A stretch of 64,000 nt of DNA. It comes from Amoeboaphelidium protococcarum X5 (taxonomy: Eukaryota; Fungi; Aphelidiomycota). How positions within the stretch are numbered: position 1 is the first letter of the stretch; every line of letters begins with the position of its first letter. A program made the position numbers and the translations under genes. The stretch is taken from assembly GCA_023515725.1 (NCBI GenBank), contig JALDTO010000200.1, positions 124,001-188,000 of the forward strand, given 5' to 3'. A model generated the notes under the pieces. The model saw only the letters and a program-made list of their open reading frames with translations. It made no database searches and was not told the DNA's origin. Of this stretch, positions 62,165 through 64,000 are shown one piece after another.

Positions 62165-64000
62165 ATGAATGTTTACTAGTTCAACAATGAATCTGTTCAG
62201 TCAATAGCTGGTAGAAGGCTGGATTAGACTATTCCGTCTCAGACATTTACTACAATCGCCACTGTACTTGCCTGCATTATAACCTTGCGTCTTATAATCA
62301 GTACCTTTAATAAAATCACGTCCTTGGTGCCACGATCAGCAGTCCTTCTGCATTATCTTATGAGTCTGTGTGTGGCGGCGTACTCAGTCTCTCTGTCTAT
62401 TGAACTGAATCAAGTCGATTAGTCACAGCCATAAAGTGATTTTAAAATTTAACTGATTCGATGGTGTCTGCTTTTAAATAATGTATTTCTATTGCTGGGA
62501 CCTTTTCACCTATCACTACTGCAGAAGGGTGCTAAATTCTCATTGAATCGATATTTCAAAGTCATCTTGTTTAGTGGCCAAGCTCTGTTTTGCGCCTTTA
62601 ATGGCTACAATCTGTTTATATTGATGGCTGATTTTGATCTCTCCTCCTTTAGTCAGTTACTGTTTTGCTCTTGTGTGACGGCTTGTTATATGGTACCTTG
62701 TATTATTTCTCTGTAATGGATGTGGTGTCATTATTGGTTGGCTGAATTTAATGAACGCCATTCATCATAGTTGGAATACACTTTGAGAAGTGAAGAGTGT
62801 CAGCATGGATACTTTGAACAATGTGAGTCGTGTCATGTGCTTTTTATTGGCGTAAATCAGCAAGGCGGCAATCGACGAAGATTTTATATTCTGGTTACAT
62901 CTGTGGTGGTTGTCCTTCTTGGATAACTTGGATATTTCATGTATTTTGACTACGTAAACGTTGCGAAAGGCATCTATAGTGTTGCGGCTATGATTACCTT
63001 CATCGTTTGCAATGTGGTGTATTTAATGTCATTGGTGGGATTTGGTGTGTACTTTTATCTTAACATGGCTCGCGGCGTTGCATCAGATGCGTCATAGTAT
63101 AATATGGCTGATATCGAGACTGATCGATATGCCGCTTCTGTGAAGGAGTCTCAGATCTTTGTAGAGGTGTAAGAAGGGAAATCTGGTGCTACAAAAGGCC
63201 ACGACAAAAAGTCGAATATTATAAAGTCTTCAGAGATCATGGAATCTTAGTCTCAGGCTTCCATTTTCTAATCCAATAATGCCAATGATTAAACTACCGA
63301 CATAGCTAAAGCAGATCACGCTGCCTCTAATGGCATGATCAATACTTTGACGACATTAGATGGTATGTATGCTAAAAAGTTAAAGAAGAATATGACTGGT
63401 TTATCTACTGCTACTGATGAAATTCTGGCTGTTGAGATTGTGGAGGATAAGGATGCGTAAATATAGAAGCGTGTCGCGTAATAGAGCAACTCAATAAGTG
63501 GTATGAAGACTGAATTACCTGCAATTTAGTCGTTTGGGGCTCTGGATGTTTTTCATACTATTGGAAATTCTAATTTGGATGCGGTCAGATAGGACGCTGG
63601 TATTAAATCTGCTGAACCAACAACTGGCGCTGCGCAGAGTTCTTTGACACCTCAACAGCCAGAGAAGCCGCGTCAGCCGTCAGAGCCAGTTAGGCCGGAA
63701 GGTGGCCGTAAAGAATCTGGGTTCTAAAGACCAAAAATTGTGCAGCCTAAGCCTGATGTTAAGCGACTATCATTAGTATTGTAACAAACAGGGAAGTTGG
63801 ACTCATTTTCAGAACCAAAACTGCCATCGCCTGGACAGTAAAAGAAAGATGCGAACAAAAACTAGCTTGGATAGTAGAGCTCATAAGTGTCATCCGGCTC
63901 TGAAAAATCCATTGTAAATGCTAATACTCTGACACCTCCTGCCAATCGTCCTTCTGCATCCTAGGTGTATCCTTCGGCGAATACTGCAGCACCATCGTCA
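62165..64000 (+). CDS. Seven-TM-like membrane protein with long acidic/low-complexity cytoplasmic tail (runs off the window)
   Basis: About seven hydrophobic segments in the first 300 aa under UAR=Gln, followed by a hydrophilic S/Q/E/P-rich region. Confidence 0.65.

Noticed and set aside
1-64000. Mass pseudogenisation suggested by the fragmented ORF track
   Set aside because: The fragments are collinear in one frame and broken only by TAA/TAG at Gln positions or by short introns. Essential genes are intact under table 6.
1-64000. tRNA, rRNA, spliceosomal snRNA and CRISPR arrays
   Set aside because: No signature was recognised by eye. tRNAscan-SE and Infernal would be needed to exclude them.

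Overview
This is compact eukaryotic genomic DNA with fungus-like genes. It uses a non-standard genetic code: TAA and TAG sit in frame at conserved Gln positions (e.g. Rab1 WDTAGQ, the eIF4A3 Q-motif), and every gene with a recognisable conserved C-terminus ends in TGA. The supplied ORF track is therefore chopped into fragments. Fungal-type genes plus UAR=Gln match what is known for the aphelid Amoeboaphelidium protococcarum; this is an inference, not a database match. Re-translated with table 6, the window holds about 33 tightly packed host genes, including RPN8, striatin, VPS54, STE24, PWP2, FAN1, TSR3, Rab1, TAF6, MCM5, PP2A-B56, eIF4A3, SF3A3 and WDR26. The most unusual observations are: (1) the 23 introns reconstructed in ten clearly identified genes all read GTA...TGTAG, an extended acceptor without an obvious polypyrimidine tract (one further tentative intron reads GTT...CGTAG); (2) a complete pogo-like DNA transposon (24-bp TIRs, TA duplication) carries a second, intact ORF with an AT-hook and a possible HIRAN-like fold; (3) that transposon is inserted in frame into a decayed gene resembling the N-terminal half of a Fanzor1; (4) two ATP-grasp ligases of bacterial-type families, a putatively secreted ABC1 kinase, a Swt1-like HEPN protein and a SPATA22-like OB-fold gene. 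All translations and coordinates were derived by hand.
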